From Cyanobacteriota bacterium (GTDB taxonomy: Bacteria; Cyanobacteriota; Cyanobacteriia; PCC-6307; Cyanobiaceae): 64,000 nucleotides of DNA. Where the stretch lies: positions 2,675-66,674 of the forward strand of contig JBKDOV010000078.1 in assembly GCA_046342815.1 (NCBI GenBank), in the 5' to 3' direction. A program made the translations under genes and the position numbers. Below are positions 25,638 to 36,517 of this stretch, one piece after another. Each line of letters opens with the position of its first letter. Within the stretch, counting starts at the first letter, position 1. Below the pieces are notes generated by a model. It saw nothing but the letters and a program-made list of their open reading frames with translations. It was not told where the DNA came from and searched no databases.

Positions 25638-26682
25638 GGGGCCACGCCTCTGCGACCTGGGGGAATGGGAGCTGATCCGACGACTCGGGGCCTTCGCCCC
25701 ACCGGGTCAATTCCACGATGATGCCGCCCTGGTGCCGGTCGATGCTCCGACCGGCACCTCCGGCAGCCTGGTGGTGAACACGGATGTGCTGGTGGAGGGA
25801 ATCCACTTCAGCGAGGCCACCACCGGCCCCAACGATGTGGGCTGGCGCGCGGCGGCGGCGAATCTTTCCGATCTGGCGGCGATGGGCTGCACCGAGGTGG
25901 TGGGACTGACCGTGGGCCTGGTGGCCCCACCACAGACACCCTGGCAGTGGGTGGAAGGGGTCTACGAAGGGCTGGGCGAGGCCCTGGGGCGCCACGGCGG
26001 GGTGTTGCTGGGCGGAGACTGCAGCAGCGGCAGCCAGAGGATGCTGGCCATCACCGCCCTGGGGCGGCTTCCTGGGCCCCAGGGCGGTGATGGCCAGGGC
26101 CAGGCAGCGATCCGTCGCTGTGATGGACGTCCTGGCGATGTGCTGGTGAGCACCGGCCCCCATGGCCTCAGCAGGCTGGGGCTGGCCCTGCTGCAGAACG
26201 ACCCCGGCCTCAAGGTGTTCGAACCGGATCCCGACCTGCGCCAGCGGGCGATCGCGGCCCACCGCCGGCCCCAGCCCCGCCTGGATGTGGTGAAGGCCCT
26301 GGTGGCCTGTCGACCCATCGGCATGCCCTGGCGGGTGGCGGGCTGCGACAGCAGCGACGGCCTGCTGGCGGCAGTTGCCGCGATCACTGCGGCCAGCGGA
26401 GAGAGCGCCCGGCTGGAGCAGGGAGACCTGCCCCTCGATCCGGCGATGGCCCTGGTCCCCCAGGCCCGGTCGTGGTGCCTGGGGGGCGGCGAAGACTTCG
26501 AACTGGTGCTTGCCCTGGAGCCCAGCTGGGCGAGCGCCCTGATCTCGGCACTGCCCACCGCCCGAGCCTTCGGCACTCTGATGGCGAGCCCGGCTCCAGG
26601 AAGCCTGAGCTGGAGCGATGGAACACCGATCGAAACCGCGGCGCTGGGGTTCTGCCACTTTTCGGAACCGAACGCAGACTGA
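25630..26682 (+). CDS. thiL: thiamine-monophosphate kinase
   Basis: GEWELIRRL, DDAALV, NTDVLVEGIHF, GWRAAAANLSDLAAMG. The start overlaps the upstream stop (ATGGCTGA). Confidence 0.9.
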   Translation: MAEGPRLCDLGEWELIRRLGAFAPPGQFHDDAALVPVDAPTGTSGSLVVNTDVLVEGIHFSEATTGPNDVGWRAAAANLSDLAAMGCTEVVGLTVGLVAPPQTPWQWVEGVYEGLGEALGRHGGVLLGGDCSSGSQRMLAITALGRLPGPQGGDGQGQAAIRRCDGRPGDVLVSTGPHGLSRLGLALLQNDPGLKVFEPDPDLRQRAIAAHRRPQPRLDVVKALVACRPIGMPWRVAGCDSSDGLLAAVAAITAASGESARLEQGDLPLDPAMALVPQARSWCLGGGEDFELVLALEPSWASALISALPTARAFGTLMASPAPGSLSWSDGTPIETAALGFCHFSEPNAD

Positions 26683-26724
26683 CCCCGCCGCAACGGATCC
26701 CTACCCAGAAAAAGTCAATAAAAA

Positions 26725-26742
26725 GGCCGCCCGAAGGCGGCC
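26725..26742 (-). terminator. intrinsic terminator downstream of gap2
   Basis: GGCCGCC-CGAA-GGCGGCC hairpin. On the minus strand it is followed by TTTTTATTG. It lies between the convergent thiL and gap2 genes. Confidence 0.7.
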
Positions 26743-26790
26743 TGAAGGAGATATCGCTGATTCAAGAGAAACGGCGGGAGCAGAAACCGC

Positions 26791-27813
26791 TCACTTCCAG
26801 TTCTTGGCCACCACCTCGGCCAGATCGACAACGCGCTGGCTGTAGCCCCACTCGTTGTCGTACCAGGCAATCACCTTGACCATGTTGTCGCCCATCACCA
26901 GGGTGAGGTCGGAGTCCACGATCGTCGACTCATTGGTGCCGGCATGGTCGGAGGAGACCAGGGGCAGATCGGAATACTTGATGATGCCCTTCATGGCACC
27001 CTCGGAAGCAGCCTTGAGAACCGAGTTCACCTCGTCGCGATTGGTGCCGCGGCTCACTTCCAGCACCATGTCCACCACCGAGACGTTGGGGGTGGGCACG
27101 CGCATGGCGATGCCGTTGAGCTTGCCCTTGACCGGGGGATAGACCAGGGCCACAGCCTGGGCGGCACCGGTGCTGGTGGGCACGATATTCACTGCCGCAG
27201 CACGGGCCCGGCGCAGATCGCGGTGGGAGGCATCCAGGATGCGCTGGTCACCCGTATAGCTATGGGTGGTGGTCATCGTGCCCTTGACGATGCCGAAGGT
27301 CTCATCGAGCACCTTCACGATCGGGGCCATGCAGTTGGTGGTGCAGCTGGCGTTGCTGAGGATGTCGAAATCCTCGTGGCGATACTGGTCCGCATTCACG
27401 CCCACCACAAAAGTGCCCACTCCGGCGCCCTTGCCAGGAGCGGTGAGGATCACTTTCTTGGCACCGGCCTGGAGGTGCTTGCTGGCCCCCACATCGTCGT
27501 TGAAAACACCGGTGGATTCGATGACCAGATCCACACCCCACTCCTTCCAGGGGAGGTTGAGGGGGTTGCGGTCGGAGAAGCACTTGATCGACTTCCCGTT
27601 GACGATGATCGTGTCATCGGTGTAGCTCACCTCGGCGTCGCGAATGCGACCCAGCATCGAGTCGTACTGCAGAAGGTGGGAGTTGGTCTTCGGATCCGAG
27701 GTGTCGTTCAGGCCCACAACCTCGATGCCCGTGCTGGCCCCGCGGCTCAGCCAGCAGCGCATGAAGTTGCGGCCAATCCGTCCAAATCCATTGATCGCAA
27801 CGCGCAAGGTCAT
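26791..27813 (-). CDS. gap2: glyceraldehyde-3-phosphate dehydrogenase (Calvin-cycle Gap2 type)
   Basis: ATG at 27813 gives [25 protein letters not shown]. Active site SNASCTTNC. 340 aa. Confidence 0.95.
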   Translation of the reverse strand: MTLRVAINGFGRIGRNFMRCWLSRGASTGIEVVGLNDTSDPKTNSHLLQYDSMLGRIRDAEVSYTDDTIIVNGKSIKCFSDRNPLNLPWKEWGVDLVIESTGVFNDDVGASKHLQAGAKKVILTAPGKGAGVGTFVVGVNADQYRHEDFDILSNASCTTNCMAPIVKVLDETFGIVKGTMTTTHSYTGDQRILDASHRDLRRARAAAVNIVPTSTGAAQAVALVYPPVKGKLNGIAMRVPTPNVSVVDMVLEVSRGTNRDEVNSVLKAASEGAMKGIIKYSDLPLVSSDHAGTNESTIVDSDLTLVMGDNMVKVIAWYDNEWGYSQRVVDLAEVVAKNWK

Positions 27814-27907
27814 GGCGGAAAGCGGAGAAACCCGCTGGCAAGGGTGATTTCGGCTGCCGATCATACAGAGATCGGTTCCCGCCCCTTGACCCGGCCCCGG
27901 GTTCGCC

Positions 27908-29446
27908 TTGGGGCCCGGGCAGTTCGCCGCCACGAAGGCGAAGCAAGTCGTAAAGGAAAGCGGCCCCCTGCGGGCCTATTTTCCATTGGTTCCGGAGTCG
28001 CCCTTGGCCCTGCAGCTCGATCGCCAACAGTCGCTTCACTTCGTCGGAGTCGGCGGCATCGGCATGTCTGCCCTGGCCGGGATCCTGGCGGAACGTGGAT
28101 TCGTGGTGAGCGGTTCCGATCGGCGCGACACCCCGGTGCTGGAACGGCTGCGGCAAAGCGGCGTACGGGTGTTCCTGGAGCAACAGGCCGCAACGATCAC
28201 CAGCGTGCGGGAGGCCCATGGCGACCCCCTGGTGGTGATCAGCTCGGCCGTACCGGAATCGAATCCCGAACTGGCGGAGGCCCGGCGTGTGGGGCTGACG
28301 GTGGTGCACCGCTCCGATGTTCTGGCAGCCCTGATCAACGACCAACCGTCGATCGCCGTGGCCGGCAGCCACGGCAAGACCACCACCAGCACCCTGATCG
28401 CCACCCTGCTGGAGGCGGCCGGCCACGACCCCACCGCGGTGATCGGGGGCATCGTGCCGGCATTCGGCAGCAATGGCCGCCACGGGGAAGGCCGCCTGCT
28501 GGTGGCCGAAGCCGACGAATCGGACGGCTCCCTGGTGAAATTTCATTCCGCCCTCGGCGTGATCACCAACATCGAGCTGGATCACACCGACCACTACCCC
28601 AACCTCGCCGCCCTGATCGAAACCCTGCAGTGCTTCGCCGGGCACTCAGAGCGGCTGCTGGCCAACCGCGACTGCCCGATCCTGAGCGAGCACTTCGAAG
28701 CCCGCCATTGGTGGTCAATCGAGACCTCCGAAGGGGTGGACTTCGCAGCCCTGCCCGTGGAGGAGAGGGGGGACGGCACCAGAGCCGACTTCTACGAAGG
28801 GGGGGTGCTGGTCGGCCAGCTGGAGCTTCCCCTCCCCGGTCGTCACAATCTGAGCAATGCCACGGCGGCCCTGGCTGCCTGCCGCCTGCAGGAGATCCCT
28901 TTCGCCGCGCTGCAGACGGCGATGGCCCAGCTCAAGCCGCCGGGGCGTCGGTTCGACTGCCGGGGCATCTGGCAGGAGCGGATCGTCGTGGACGACTACG
29001 CCCACCACCCCAGCGAAGTGGCCGCCACCTTGACCATGGCCCGCCTGATGGTGCAGAGCGGCCGCAGCCCCCTGCCCCAGCCGCCGCAACGGCTGCTCGC
29101 GGTGTTCCAACCCCATCGCTACAGCCGCACCGCCCAGTTCCTGGAGGGCTTCGCCGACGCCCTCAGCCAGGCCGACGTGGTGCTGGTGGCCCCCCTCTAC
29201 AGCGCCGGCGAAACCCCGATCGAAGGCATCTCCAGTGCCGCTCTGGCCGAGGCGGTACGTCGCATCGCCCCGGATCTGGAGGTGGGTGTGGCCGACAGCC
29301 TCGACGAACTGGCCCGCCAGGTGATGGCCACCAGCCTGCCGGGAGATCTGGTGCTGGCCATGGGGGCCGGTGATGTCAACAGCCTGTGGGAACGCCTGGG
29401 CAGCCAGGACAATCTCGACCGGCCGGCCGCGGCCCTGGCGGCCTAA
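27908..29446 (+). CDS. murC: UDP-N-acetylmuramate--L-alanine ligase
   Basis: [33 protein letters not shown]. There is no in-frame ATG before the GIGMS motif. Start is TTG 27908 or TTG 27986. Confidence 0.92.
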   Translation: MGPGQFAATKAKQVVKESGPLRAYFPLVPESPLALQLDRQQSLHFVGVGGIGMSALAGILAERGFVVSGSDRRDTPVLERLRQSGVRVFLEQQAATITSVREAHGDPLVVISSAVPESNPELAEARRVGLTVVHRSDVLAALINDQPSIAVAGSHGKTTTSTLIATLLEAAGHDPTAVIGGIVPAFGSNGRHGEGRLLVAEADESDGSLVKFHSALGVITNIELDHTDHYPNLAALIETLQCFAGHSERLLANRDCPILSEHFEARHWWSIETSEGVDFAALPVEERGDGTRADFYEGGVLVGQLELPLPGRHNLSNATAALAACRLQEIPFAALQTAMAQLKPPGRRFDCRGIWQERIVVDDYAHHPSEVAATLTMARLMVQSGRSPLPQPPQRLLAVFQPHRYSRTAQFLEGFADALSQADVVLVAPLYSAGETPIEGISSAALAEAVRRIAPDLEVGVADSLDELARQVMATSLPGDLVLAMGAGDVNSLWERLGSQDNLDRPAAALAA

Positions 29447-29448
29447 CC

Positions 29449-30348
29449 ATGGCCGCGGCCCCGACCCAGCCCAGCGGACTGCGACAGGGCGTCTCCCTGC
29501 AGGAGTTCACCACCTGGAAGGTGGGAGGACCGGCCGAGTGGTTTGCCGAGCCGGCCAGTGAGGAGGAGCTGATTGCCCTGGCGGCCTGGGCGGCAGCCAA
29601 CGGTCATCCGTTCCGCTGCATCGGTGCCGGATCCAACCTGCTGATCGCCGATGCGGGCCTTCCGGGGCTGACGGTGTGCAACCGCAAGCTCCAGGGGAGC
29701 GCGTTGGACGCCACCACAGGCCGGGTGGAGGCGGAAGCGGGGGAGCCGATCCCCACCCTGGCCCGCAAGGCGGCCAGGGCCGGCCTGCAGGGCCTCGAGT
29801 GGGCCGTGGGCATCCCTGGCACCGTGGGTGGGGCCGTGGTGATGAACGCCGGCGCCCAGGGGGGCTGCACCGCTGATTGCCTCCACTCCGTGAAGCTGCT
29901 GGATCCATCCCGACCCGACGCGCCCTTCAGCCTCACCGCCGAACAGCTCTCCTTCGCCTACCGCCACAGCCGACTGCAGCAGGAAACCCTGCTGGTTCTC
30001 TCCGCCCGGTTCCAGCTCGATCCCGGCCATGATCCGGCCGAGGTCACCGCCCGGACCAGCGCCAATCTGCACAGCCGGACCAGCACCCAGCCCTACCAAC
30101 AACCCAGTTGCGGCAGCGTCTTCCGCAATCCCGAACCGCGCAAGGCCGGCCGCTTGATCGAGGAGCTGGGCCTGAAGGGCCTCAGCCTGGGGGGCGCCCA
30201 GGTGTCTCCGATCCATGCCAATTTCATCGTCAACACCGGAGAAGCCCGGGCCTCAGAGATCGATGCCCTGATCCGCCTGGTGCAGGAGCGGGTCGAAGCC
30301 GAAACCGGAATCGTTCTGCATCCGGAAGTGAAAAGGCTGGGGTTCTGA
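29449..30348 (+). CDS. murB: UDP-N-acetylenolpyruvoylglucosamine reductase
   Basis: ATG 2 nt after the murC stop. [28 protein letters not shown]. Confidence 0.93.
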   Translation: MAAAPTQPSGLRQGVSLQEFTTWKVGGPAEWFAEPASEEELIALAAWAAANGHPFRCIGAGSNLLIADAGLPGLTVCNRKLQGSALDATTGRVEAEAGEPIPTLARKAARAGLQGLEWAVGIPGTVGGAVVMNAGAQGGCTADCLHSVKLLDPSRPDAPFSLTAEQLSFAYRHSRLQQETLLVLSARFQLDPGHDPAEVTARTSANLHSRTSTQPYQQPSCGSVFRNPEPRKAGRLIEELGLKGLSLGGAQVSPIHANFIVNTGEARASEIDALIRLVQERVEAETGIVLHPEVKRLGF

Positions 30349-30393
30349 ACAGCGCCCGGGGAATTAGCCTGGATTCAATCCTTTTTGCAGCGC

Positions 30394-30735
30394 ATGGCCG
30401 GTTTCGGACTTCCCAACTTCGGTCAGCTCACCGAAGCCTTCCGCAAGGCCCAGCAGATCCAGCAGGATGCCCAGAAACTGCAGGAGGACCTCGATGCCAT
30501 GGAGCTCGAAGGCACGAGCAGTGATGGGCTGGCCAGCGTGTGGCTGACGGGGAATCAGCAACCCCTGAAGGTGCGATTGGCCCCGGAATTGCTCAGCTCC
30601 GGCCAGGAGGCCGTGGAGACGGCGGTGCTCGAGGCCCTGAAGAGCGCCTACGAAATTTCCACCGGCACGATGCGGGAACGGATGGAAGACCTCACCGGGG
30701 GTCTGGACCTCAATCTGCCGGGTCTGGGAGGCTGA
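30394..30735 (+). CDS. ybaB: YbaB/EbfC nucleoid-associated protein
   Basis: [33 protein letters not shown]... Confidence 0.9.
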   Translation: MAGFGLPNFGQLTEAFRKAQQIQQDAQKLQEDLDAMELEGTSSDGLASVWLTGNQQPLKVRLAPELLSSGQEAVETAVLEALKSAYEISTGTMRERMEDLTGGLDLNLPGLGG

Positions 30736-31759
30736 TTCCGGCGGAAAGATCGTCTTCCAGCTCCTGCCGCCTTCTCCTGCGGGATTCACGGCGGAGCTGG
30801 GGATCGAGGCGGGGTTCGAGCCGACTGCCCCGCTGCCTCAGGCCCACGAGGCGCTGACCGGCCATGGCCAGAGCCTCCGCCCGCTGCTCCACCTCGCGCA
30901 GGCACTGCCCGTAAAGGGCATGACGATCCCAGTCGCTGCCCATGGCACAGCCGGGATCCCCCTGATGGCGGCAGTTGCTGAACCGGCAGGAGCTTTCGGC
31001 CAGGCGGCGCCGCAGTTCCGGAAACGCCTGGGAGAGCACCCCGGGATCGTCGGGCAGTTCGGGGCGATTAAATCCCGGCGAATCGGCCAGCAGGGCCTTG
31101 GGGCCCAGCGGAAACAGCTCCACATGGCGGGTGGTGTGACGACCCCGCTGCAGACGACCGGAGACATTGCCCACCCGCAGCTCCAGGTCCGGCAGGAGGG
31201 CATTGAGCAGGCTGCTCTTGCCCACGCCGGAAGGACCGCAGAGAACGGCAATGCCCGCCTCCACCAGACCAGCGCGCAGCGACTCCAGACCCTGGCCGTT
31301 GAGGGTGGAGATCGCATTCACGGGGTAGCCCCAGCCGCTCACCCGCTCACACCAGGCTGCGAGCTCGGTCTCCGGCAGAAGATCCGCCTTGGTGAGCACC
31401 AGCTGCACGGACTGGCCTGTGGCTTCGGCGGTGACCAGAAAGCGGGTCAGCAACAACGGATCCAGGCTGGGTTCGCGCACGGCCACCACCACCACCACCC
31501 GGCTCACATTGGCGACGGCCGGCCGCTCCAGCAGGCTGGAGCGCGGCTCCAGGGCCGAAATCGCAGCGCGGGCTGACGGCCAGTCGATGCCATCGACGTC
31601 CACCCGATCGCCGACGCAGATCCGCTGCCCGCTCTTGCCCAACCGGGTCCGCCGGGTGCAGAGCAGCCGCTGCTGACCGTCCGGTCCCGGCCGATCGAGC
31701 ACCACCAGGCAGTAATTGGCCTGGAGAGCCACCACCCGGCCGGCACGGCGTTCAACCAC
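30710..31759 (-). CDS. rsgA: ribosome small-subunit-dependent GTPase A
   Basis: [33 protein letters not shown], Zn knuckle [14 protein letters not shown]. Confidence 0.93.
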   Translation of the reverse strand: MVERRAGRVVALQANYCLVVLDRPGPDGQQRLLCTRRTRLGKSGQRICVGDRVDVDGIDWPSARAAISALEPRSSLLERPAVANVSRVVVVVAVREPSLDPLLLTRFLVTAEATGQSVQLVLTKADLLPETELAAWCERVSGWGYPVNAISTLNGQGLESLRAGLVEAGIAVLCGPSGVGKSSLLNALLPDLELRVGNVSGRLQRGRHTTRHVELFPLGPKALLADSPGFNRPELPDDPGVLSQAFPELRRRLAESSCRFSNCRHQGDPGCAMGSDWDRHALYGQCLREVEQRAEALAMAGQRLVGLRQRGSRLEPRLDPQLRRESRRRRRQELEDDLSAGISLPDPAD

Positions 31760-31991
31760 GCTGGATCAGCAAGCGCACGCCCTCGCCCTGCGCAGGTTCG
31801 CCAGCCTGGCCCTCGGGCTGGGGCTGCACGATATGGCCCTCGCCGCGCAACCCCTCGGCCACGGTCTGCTCGGGCTCCCCCGCATCCAGCAACACCAGCA
31901 GCTGGCCTCCCGGGGGCAGCTTCTCCAGCGCCAGTCGGCAGCGCACGTAATTGAGGGGGCAGGGGGTTCCCCGCAGATCGAGCGTGGTCAC
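31752..31991 (-). CDS. TusA/SirA-like sulfur-carrier protein
   Basis: 79 aa. [18 protein letters not shown] contains the CPxP motif. Confidence 0.8.
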   Translation of the reverse strand: MTTLDLRGTPCPLNYVRCRLALEKLPPGGQLLVLLDAGEPEQTVAEGLRGEGHIVQPQPEGQAGEPAQGEGVRLLIQRG

Positions 31992-33106
31992 CCCTTGCCG
32001 AACAGACCGCCGAACAGGCCGCTCTTGTGCTGGGAACGCTGTTCCTTGCGGGTGTGGTGGCCGGCCAACTGCTCGAGCAGCTCCCGTTCATCGTTGGTCA
32101 GCTTGGTGGGGAGCTGCACCTTGATGGTGAAGAGATGGTTGCCGCGGGCCACCGGATTGCCCAGTTTCGGCACCCCCTTGCCCTTGAGGGTGATCACCGC
32201 ACCGGGCTGGGTGCCGGCGGGAATCTCCAGCGACTCCTGGCCATCCACGCCCTCCACCTCGATGGTGTCGCCGAGGATCGCCTGGAGATAGTTGAGCGCT
32301 ACGTCGGAATGGACGTTGATGCCGTCTCGGCGCAGCTGGGGGTGGGGCTTGACGCTGAGGAACACGTACAGATCCCCTGGGCCACCACCGCGCTGACCGG
32401 CATTGCCCTCACTTGCGACCCGCAGGCGGGTGCCGGAATCGACACCGGCGGGGATGTTGATCCGCAGTTTCTTGGCCACCTGCTGCAGGCCGGCGCCGTT
32501 GCAGGCCGTGCAGGGATCGGCGATCACCTGGCCCGTGCCTTCGCAGGTCGGACAGGGCGCCACCTGGGTGAAGCTGCCGAAAGGGGTGCGGGTGGCTCGC
32601 CGCACCTGACCAGCGCCGCTGCAGGTGCCGCAGGTGGTAGGTCCGCTGCCGGCCTTGGCTCCCGAACCACTGCAGGTGCCACAGGTTTCGAGATGGCGGA
32701 TCTGCACCTCCTTCTCGATGCCGGAAACGGCTTCGCTGAAGCTGATCGTGAGATCAAGACGCAGATCATCCCCCTGACGGGGACCCCGACGCCTGGGCCC
32801 TGCTGCTGAAGCCCCACCGAAGCCGCTGAAGAACGTCTCGAACAGGTCGGCGAAGCCCCCCATGTCGCCCATGTCGGGCATGCCACCGCCGCCAACCCCG
32901 GCCTCCCCGAACTGGTCGTAGCGAGAACGGGTCTGGGGATCACTCAGGACCTCATAGGCGCGACCGATCTCCTTGAACTTGTCCTCGGCCCCGGGATCCT
33001 TGTTGATGTCCGGGTGATATTGGCGGGCCAGGCGTCGGTAGGCCCGCTTGAGGGTTTCGGGGTCGGCATCCCTGGCAACGCCGAGCAGGTCGTAGAAGTC
33101 GGCCAT
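31988..33106 (-). CDS. dnaJ: molecular chaperone DnaJ
   Basis: J-domain DFYDLLGV...YHPD, a G/F region, and four CxxCxGxG zinc motifs. Confidence 0.96.
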   Translation of the reverse strand: MADFYDLLGVARDADPETLKRAYRRLARQYHPDINKDPGAEDKFKEIGRAYEVLSDPQTRSRYDQFGEAGVGGGGMPDMGDMGGFADLFETFFSGFGGASAAGPRRRGPRQGDDLRLDLTISFSEAVSGIEKEVQIRHLETCGTCSGSGAKAGSGPTTCGTCSGAGQVRRATRTPFGSFTQVAPCPTCEGTGQVIADPCTACNGAGLQQVAKKLRINIPAGVDSGTRLRVASEGNAGQRGGGPGDLYVFLSVKPHPQLRRDGINVHSDVALNYLQAILGDTIEVEGVDGQESLEIPAGTQPGAVITLKGKGVPKLGNPVARGNHLFTIKVQLPTKLTNDERELLEQLAGHHTRKEQRSQHKSGLFGGLFGKG

Positions 33107-33810
33107 CAGCCGGCCTGCTCCTCACGGGGCGCTTCAGCCCCGCCGACCGGACCGGGGCCCATCGACACCTTGACCAGGGCATGGCGCAGAACACGGCCAT
33201 GCAGGTGATAACCGCGTTGCAGCTCCTCGATCACCACATCCTCCGGGTGCTCATGGCTGGGTTCGCGCAGCACGGCTTCATGGAGGGTGGGGTCGAACGC
33301 CTCCCCTTCCACCCGCATCGGCGAGACCCCGAGCTGCTTGAACACGTCGACCAGCTGTTTGTAGAGCCCCTGATAGCTGCGGTGGAGGGCCTGGGCCTCC
33401 TCGCTCTCGGGGTTGAGCTGCTGGCGGGCGCGGTCGAAGTTGTCGACCACCGGCAGGATCTCGCTGAGGGTGCTGCAGGCGATCTGGATGCGCGTATCTT
33501 CCTGATCCCGACTCTGGCGCTTGCGGAAGTTGTCGAAATCGGCGGCCATCCGCATGTATTGCCCGCGCAGACTTTCGTGCTCCGCCTGAAGGGCGGCCAG
33601 ACGGGCCTCCAGTTCGGACACGCGATCCGTGCCCCCAGCCACCGAATCGCCGCCAGCTTCCTGCTCGGTTGGCTCGGCAACGGGTTCGGGACCGGCTGAG
33701 GTGGGCCCATCGATCCCGGAAACGCCAGGCGCCTGAGCCTCTCCCTCCGGCTGCGCTTCAAACAGCTGTTCGGAAGGGTCGGTACTGGCCGCAGTGGTGT
33801 CGCCGCTCAT
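33106..33810 (-). CDS. grpE: nucleotide exchange factor GrpE
   Basis: ATG at 33810. [12 protein letters not shown] and a typical GrpE C-terminus. The stop overlaps the dnaJ ATG (TGATG). Confidence 0.92.
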   Translation of the reverse strand: MSGDTTAASTDPSEQLFEAQPEGEAQAPGVSGIDGPTSAGPEPVAEPTEQEAGGDSVAGGTDRVSELEARLAALQAEHESLRGQYMRMAADFDNFRKRQSRDQEDTRIQIACSTLSEILPVVDNFDRARQQLNPESEEAQALHRSYQGLYKQLVDVFKQLGVSPMRVEGEAFDPTLHEAVLREPSHEHPEDVVIEELQRGYHLHGRVLRHALVKVSMGPGPVGGAEAPREEQAG

Positions 33811-33998
33811 GCTCCCTGACACGGAATTCAGATGGGGCCATGTTGATGGTCGGAGCCCACCCTCCACAAGCGGCGGAAGCCCGCACCTTTGCGAAGCCAC
33901 CGAATCCATGCCGAAGGCTGCGCCATTGAGAATTCTCGGTCAGAATCCAATCCCGGGTGTAACGCCCGATCTGCTGTACGCCAAAAGGATCCAGCTCG

Positions 33999-35426
33999 AT
34001 GAATTCCGACGTGGGGGCTTCCCTGTTCGGCGACCTTGACCTCAGTGGCCCGGCGGTTGCCCAGCAGATCAATCCCGAGACCACGGCCGAAGATCTCGAA
34101 CAGAGCAGCCGGGGCGCCAGCCTCTCCCCGGTGATGAGTCTGGTGGACAGGATTCTGATCGAAGCCCTCACCAGTGGTGCCAGCGATATTCACGTGGAAC
34201 CGCAGGAAGACGGCCTGCTGGTGCGGCTGCGGCAGGACGGGGTCCTGCGCAAGCTGGACAAGCTGCCGAAGACCCTGACCCCTGCGGTCACGTCCCGTTT
34301 CAAGATCATGGCCGACCTGGACATCGCCGAACGGCGAATGCCCCAGGACGGGCGGATCCGCCGCAATTTCCGGGGCAGGACCATGGATTTCCGGGTCAGC
34401 ACCCTGCCCAGTCGCCACGGCGAGAAGGTGGTGCTGCGACTGCTGGACAGCGGCTCCACCCAGCTCGGGCTCGACACCCTGATCGGCGATCCACCGTCCC
34501 GGGCGATGCTGCGGGACATGGGGGCCAAACCCTTCGGGATGATCCTGGTGACCGGTCCCACCGGCTCGGGCAAATCCACCACCCTCTATGCCCTGCTTTC
34601 CGAACGCAACGACCCGGGCATCAACATCTCCACGGTGGAGGATCCGATCGAATACACCCTCAAGGGCATCACCCAGACCCAGGTGAACCGGGAGAAGGGA
34701 CTCGATTTCAGCACCGCCCTGCGGGCCTTCATGCGGCAGGATCCGGACGTGCTGCTGGTGGGGGAAACCCGCGACCTCGAAACGGCCCGCACCGCCATCG
34801 AAGCCGCCCTCACGGGCCACCTGGTGCTCACCACCCTGCACTGCAACGACGCCGCCAGTGCCTTCGCCCGACTGGACGAGATGGGGGTGGAACCGTTTCT
34901 GGTCAGTGCCTCCCTGCTCGGGGTGGTTTCCCAGCGGCTGGTGCGCCGCCTCTGCCCGGAGTGCCGGGTTCCGTACCACCCAGACAGCGAGGAACTCTCC
35001 CGGTTCGGCCTGATTGCCAGCGACGAGAACACGATCACCTTTTACAAGGCGAAGATTCACTATGCGCAGGAGGAGGAAACCTGCAGCTCCTGCCAGGGAC
35101 GCGGCTATTCCGGCCGGGCCGGGGTGTACGAGATCCTGCACATGAATGAAACCCTCTCCTCCGCGGTGGCCAAGCGGGCCAGCACCGACATGCTGCGGCG
35201 CCTGGCCCTCGAAAGCGGCATGAAGACCCTTCTGGGCTACGGCCTCGATCTGGTGCGGCAGGGTCACACCACCCTCGATGAGGTGGAACGCATGCTGCTG
35301 ACGGATACCGGCCTGGAATCGGAGCGCAGGGCGAGGGCCCTCAGCTCGCTCACCTGCCGCAGCTGTGGGGCCGGCCTTCAGGACGAATGGCTGGAATGTC
35401 CATATTGTCTACGGGTACGGAAGTAA
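33999..35426 (+). CDS. pilB: type IV pilus / GspE-family assembly ATPase (short form, extra C-terminal zinc ribbon)
   Basis: Walker A VTGPTGSGKSTTLYA. Asp and His boxes. Tetracysteine CPEC...CSSCQGRGYSGR. No long N-terminal GSPII_E_N region. C-terminal CRSCGAGLQDEWLECPYC. Confidence 0.88.
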   Translation: MNSDVGASLFGDLDLSGPAVAQQINPETTAEDLEQSSRGASLSPVMSLVDRILIEALTSGASDIHVEPQEDGLLVRLRQDGVLRKLDKLPKTLTPAVTSRFKIMADLDIAERRMPQDGRIRRNFRGRTMDFRVSTLPSRHGEKVVLRLLDSGSTQLGLDTLIGDPPSRAMLRDMGAKPFGMILVTGPTGSGKSTTLYALLSERNDPGINISTVEDPIEYTLKGITQTQVNREKGLDFSTALRAFMRQDPDVLLVGETRDLETARTAIEAALTGHLVLTTLHCNDAASAFARLDEMGVEPFLVSASLLGVVSQRLVRRLCPECRVPYHPDSEELSRFGLIASDENTITFYKAKIHYAQEEETCSSCQGRGYSGRAGVYEILHMNETLSSAVAKRASTDMLRRLALESGMKTLLGYGLDLVRQGHTTLDEVERMLLTDTGLESERRARALSSLTCRSCGAGLQDEWLECPYCLRVRK

Positions 35427-35431
35427 GCGAC

Positions 35432-36511
35432 ATGGATCTTCTGATCGAAGACCTGATGGAAGAGCTGGTCAAGGGAGGGGGCAGCGACCTGCACATCGCC
35501 TGCGGCCATCCTCCCTATGGGCGCTTCAACGGCCAGCTGCGACCGATCCTCCATGACATGAAGCTGGATGAGGAAACCTGCAACCGTCTGATCTTCTCCC
35601 TGCTCAACAATTCCCAACGCAAGCAACTGGAGCAGAACTGGGACATCGACTGTTCCTACGGCCTCAAAGGCGTAGCCCGCTTCCGGGTGAATGTCTATCG
35701 GCAACGCGGCACCTACGCCGCCTGCATGCGGGCCCTCGGCAACACGATTCCGCCGATGGACAAGCTCGGCATGCCACCGATCGTGGAGGAGATCAGCCGC
35801 AAACCCAAGGGACTCGTGCTGGTGACAGGACCGACCGGATCAGGCAAAACGACCACCCTGGCCTCCCTGCTTGATTACATCAACCACACCAGGGCCGAAC
35901 ACATCATCACGATCGAGGATCCGATCGAATTCACCTACCGCAACGACAAATCACTGATTCACCAACGGGAACTCAACGAAGATACCCGTAGCTTCTCCAA
36001 TGCCCTGCGGGCCGCGCTCCGGGAAGATCCCGACGTGATTCTGGTGGGAGAGATGCGGGACCTGGAAACCATCCAGCTGGCCATCACCGCCGCCGAAACC
36101 GGCCACCTTGTGTTCGGCACCCTGCACACCAGTTCGGCCTCCCAGACGGTGGACCGGATGGTGGATGTCTTCCCCCCTGCCCAACAGACCCAGATCCGGG
36201 TACAGCTGAGCAGCAGCCTGCTGGCCGTGTTCTCCCAGACCCTCTGCAAGGCCAGTGCTGTGGCCTCCGGTCAGTTCGGCAGGGTGATGGCCCAGGAAAT
36301 CATGGTGAACACTCCTGCCATCGCCAACCTGATCCGGGAAGGCAAGACAGCCCAGCTGTACTCCCAGATCCAGACGGGTGCCCAGTTCGGCATGCAGACG
36401 CTGGAGCGCAACCTGGCCAACCTGGTGAATGAGGGTCGGGTGGCCCGGGCCGAAGCGATGTTCAAGACCACCAAGCCGGAAGAACTCGAACGCCTGCTCG
36501 ACCCCTCCTGA
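35432..36511 (+). CDS. pilT: twitching-motility retraction ATPase
   Basis: ATG at 35432. GGSDLHI, VTGPTGSGKTTTLASL, DPDVILVGEMRDLETI, GHLVFGTLHTSSA. Confidence 0.92.
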   Translation: MDLLIEDLMEELVKGGGSDLHIACGHPPYGRFNGQLRPILHDMKLDEETCNRLIFSLLNNSQRKQLEQNWDIDCSYGLKGVARFRVNVYRQRGTYAACMRALGNTIPPMDKLGMPPIVEEISRKPKGLVLVTGPTGSGKTTTLASLLDYINHTRAEHIITIEDPIEFTYRNDKSLIHQRELNEDTRSFSNALRAALREDPDVILVGEMRDLETIQLAITAAETGHLVFGTLHTSSASQTVDRMVDVFPPAQQTQIRVQLSSSLLAVFSQTLCKASAVASGQFGRVMAQEIMVNTPAIANLIREGKTAQLYSQIQTGAQFGMQTLERNLANLVNEGRVARAEAMFKTTKPEELERLLDPS

Positions 36512-36517
36512 TTCCTG

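Noticed and set aside
26944-29373. 809-aa + strand ORF
   Set aside because: It runs antisense through gap2 and then out of frame through murC. Both of those genes are validated by motifs, and this translation is R/G/P-rich junk.
30813-30822. tRNA T-arm-like GGTTCGAGCC
   Set aside because: It lies inside the rsgA coding frame, with no acceptor or anticodon stem context. I found no tRNA-sized cloverleaf in any intergenic gap; most gaps are under 70 bp.
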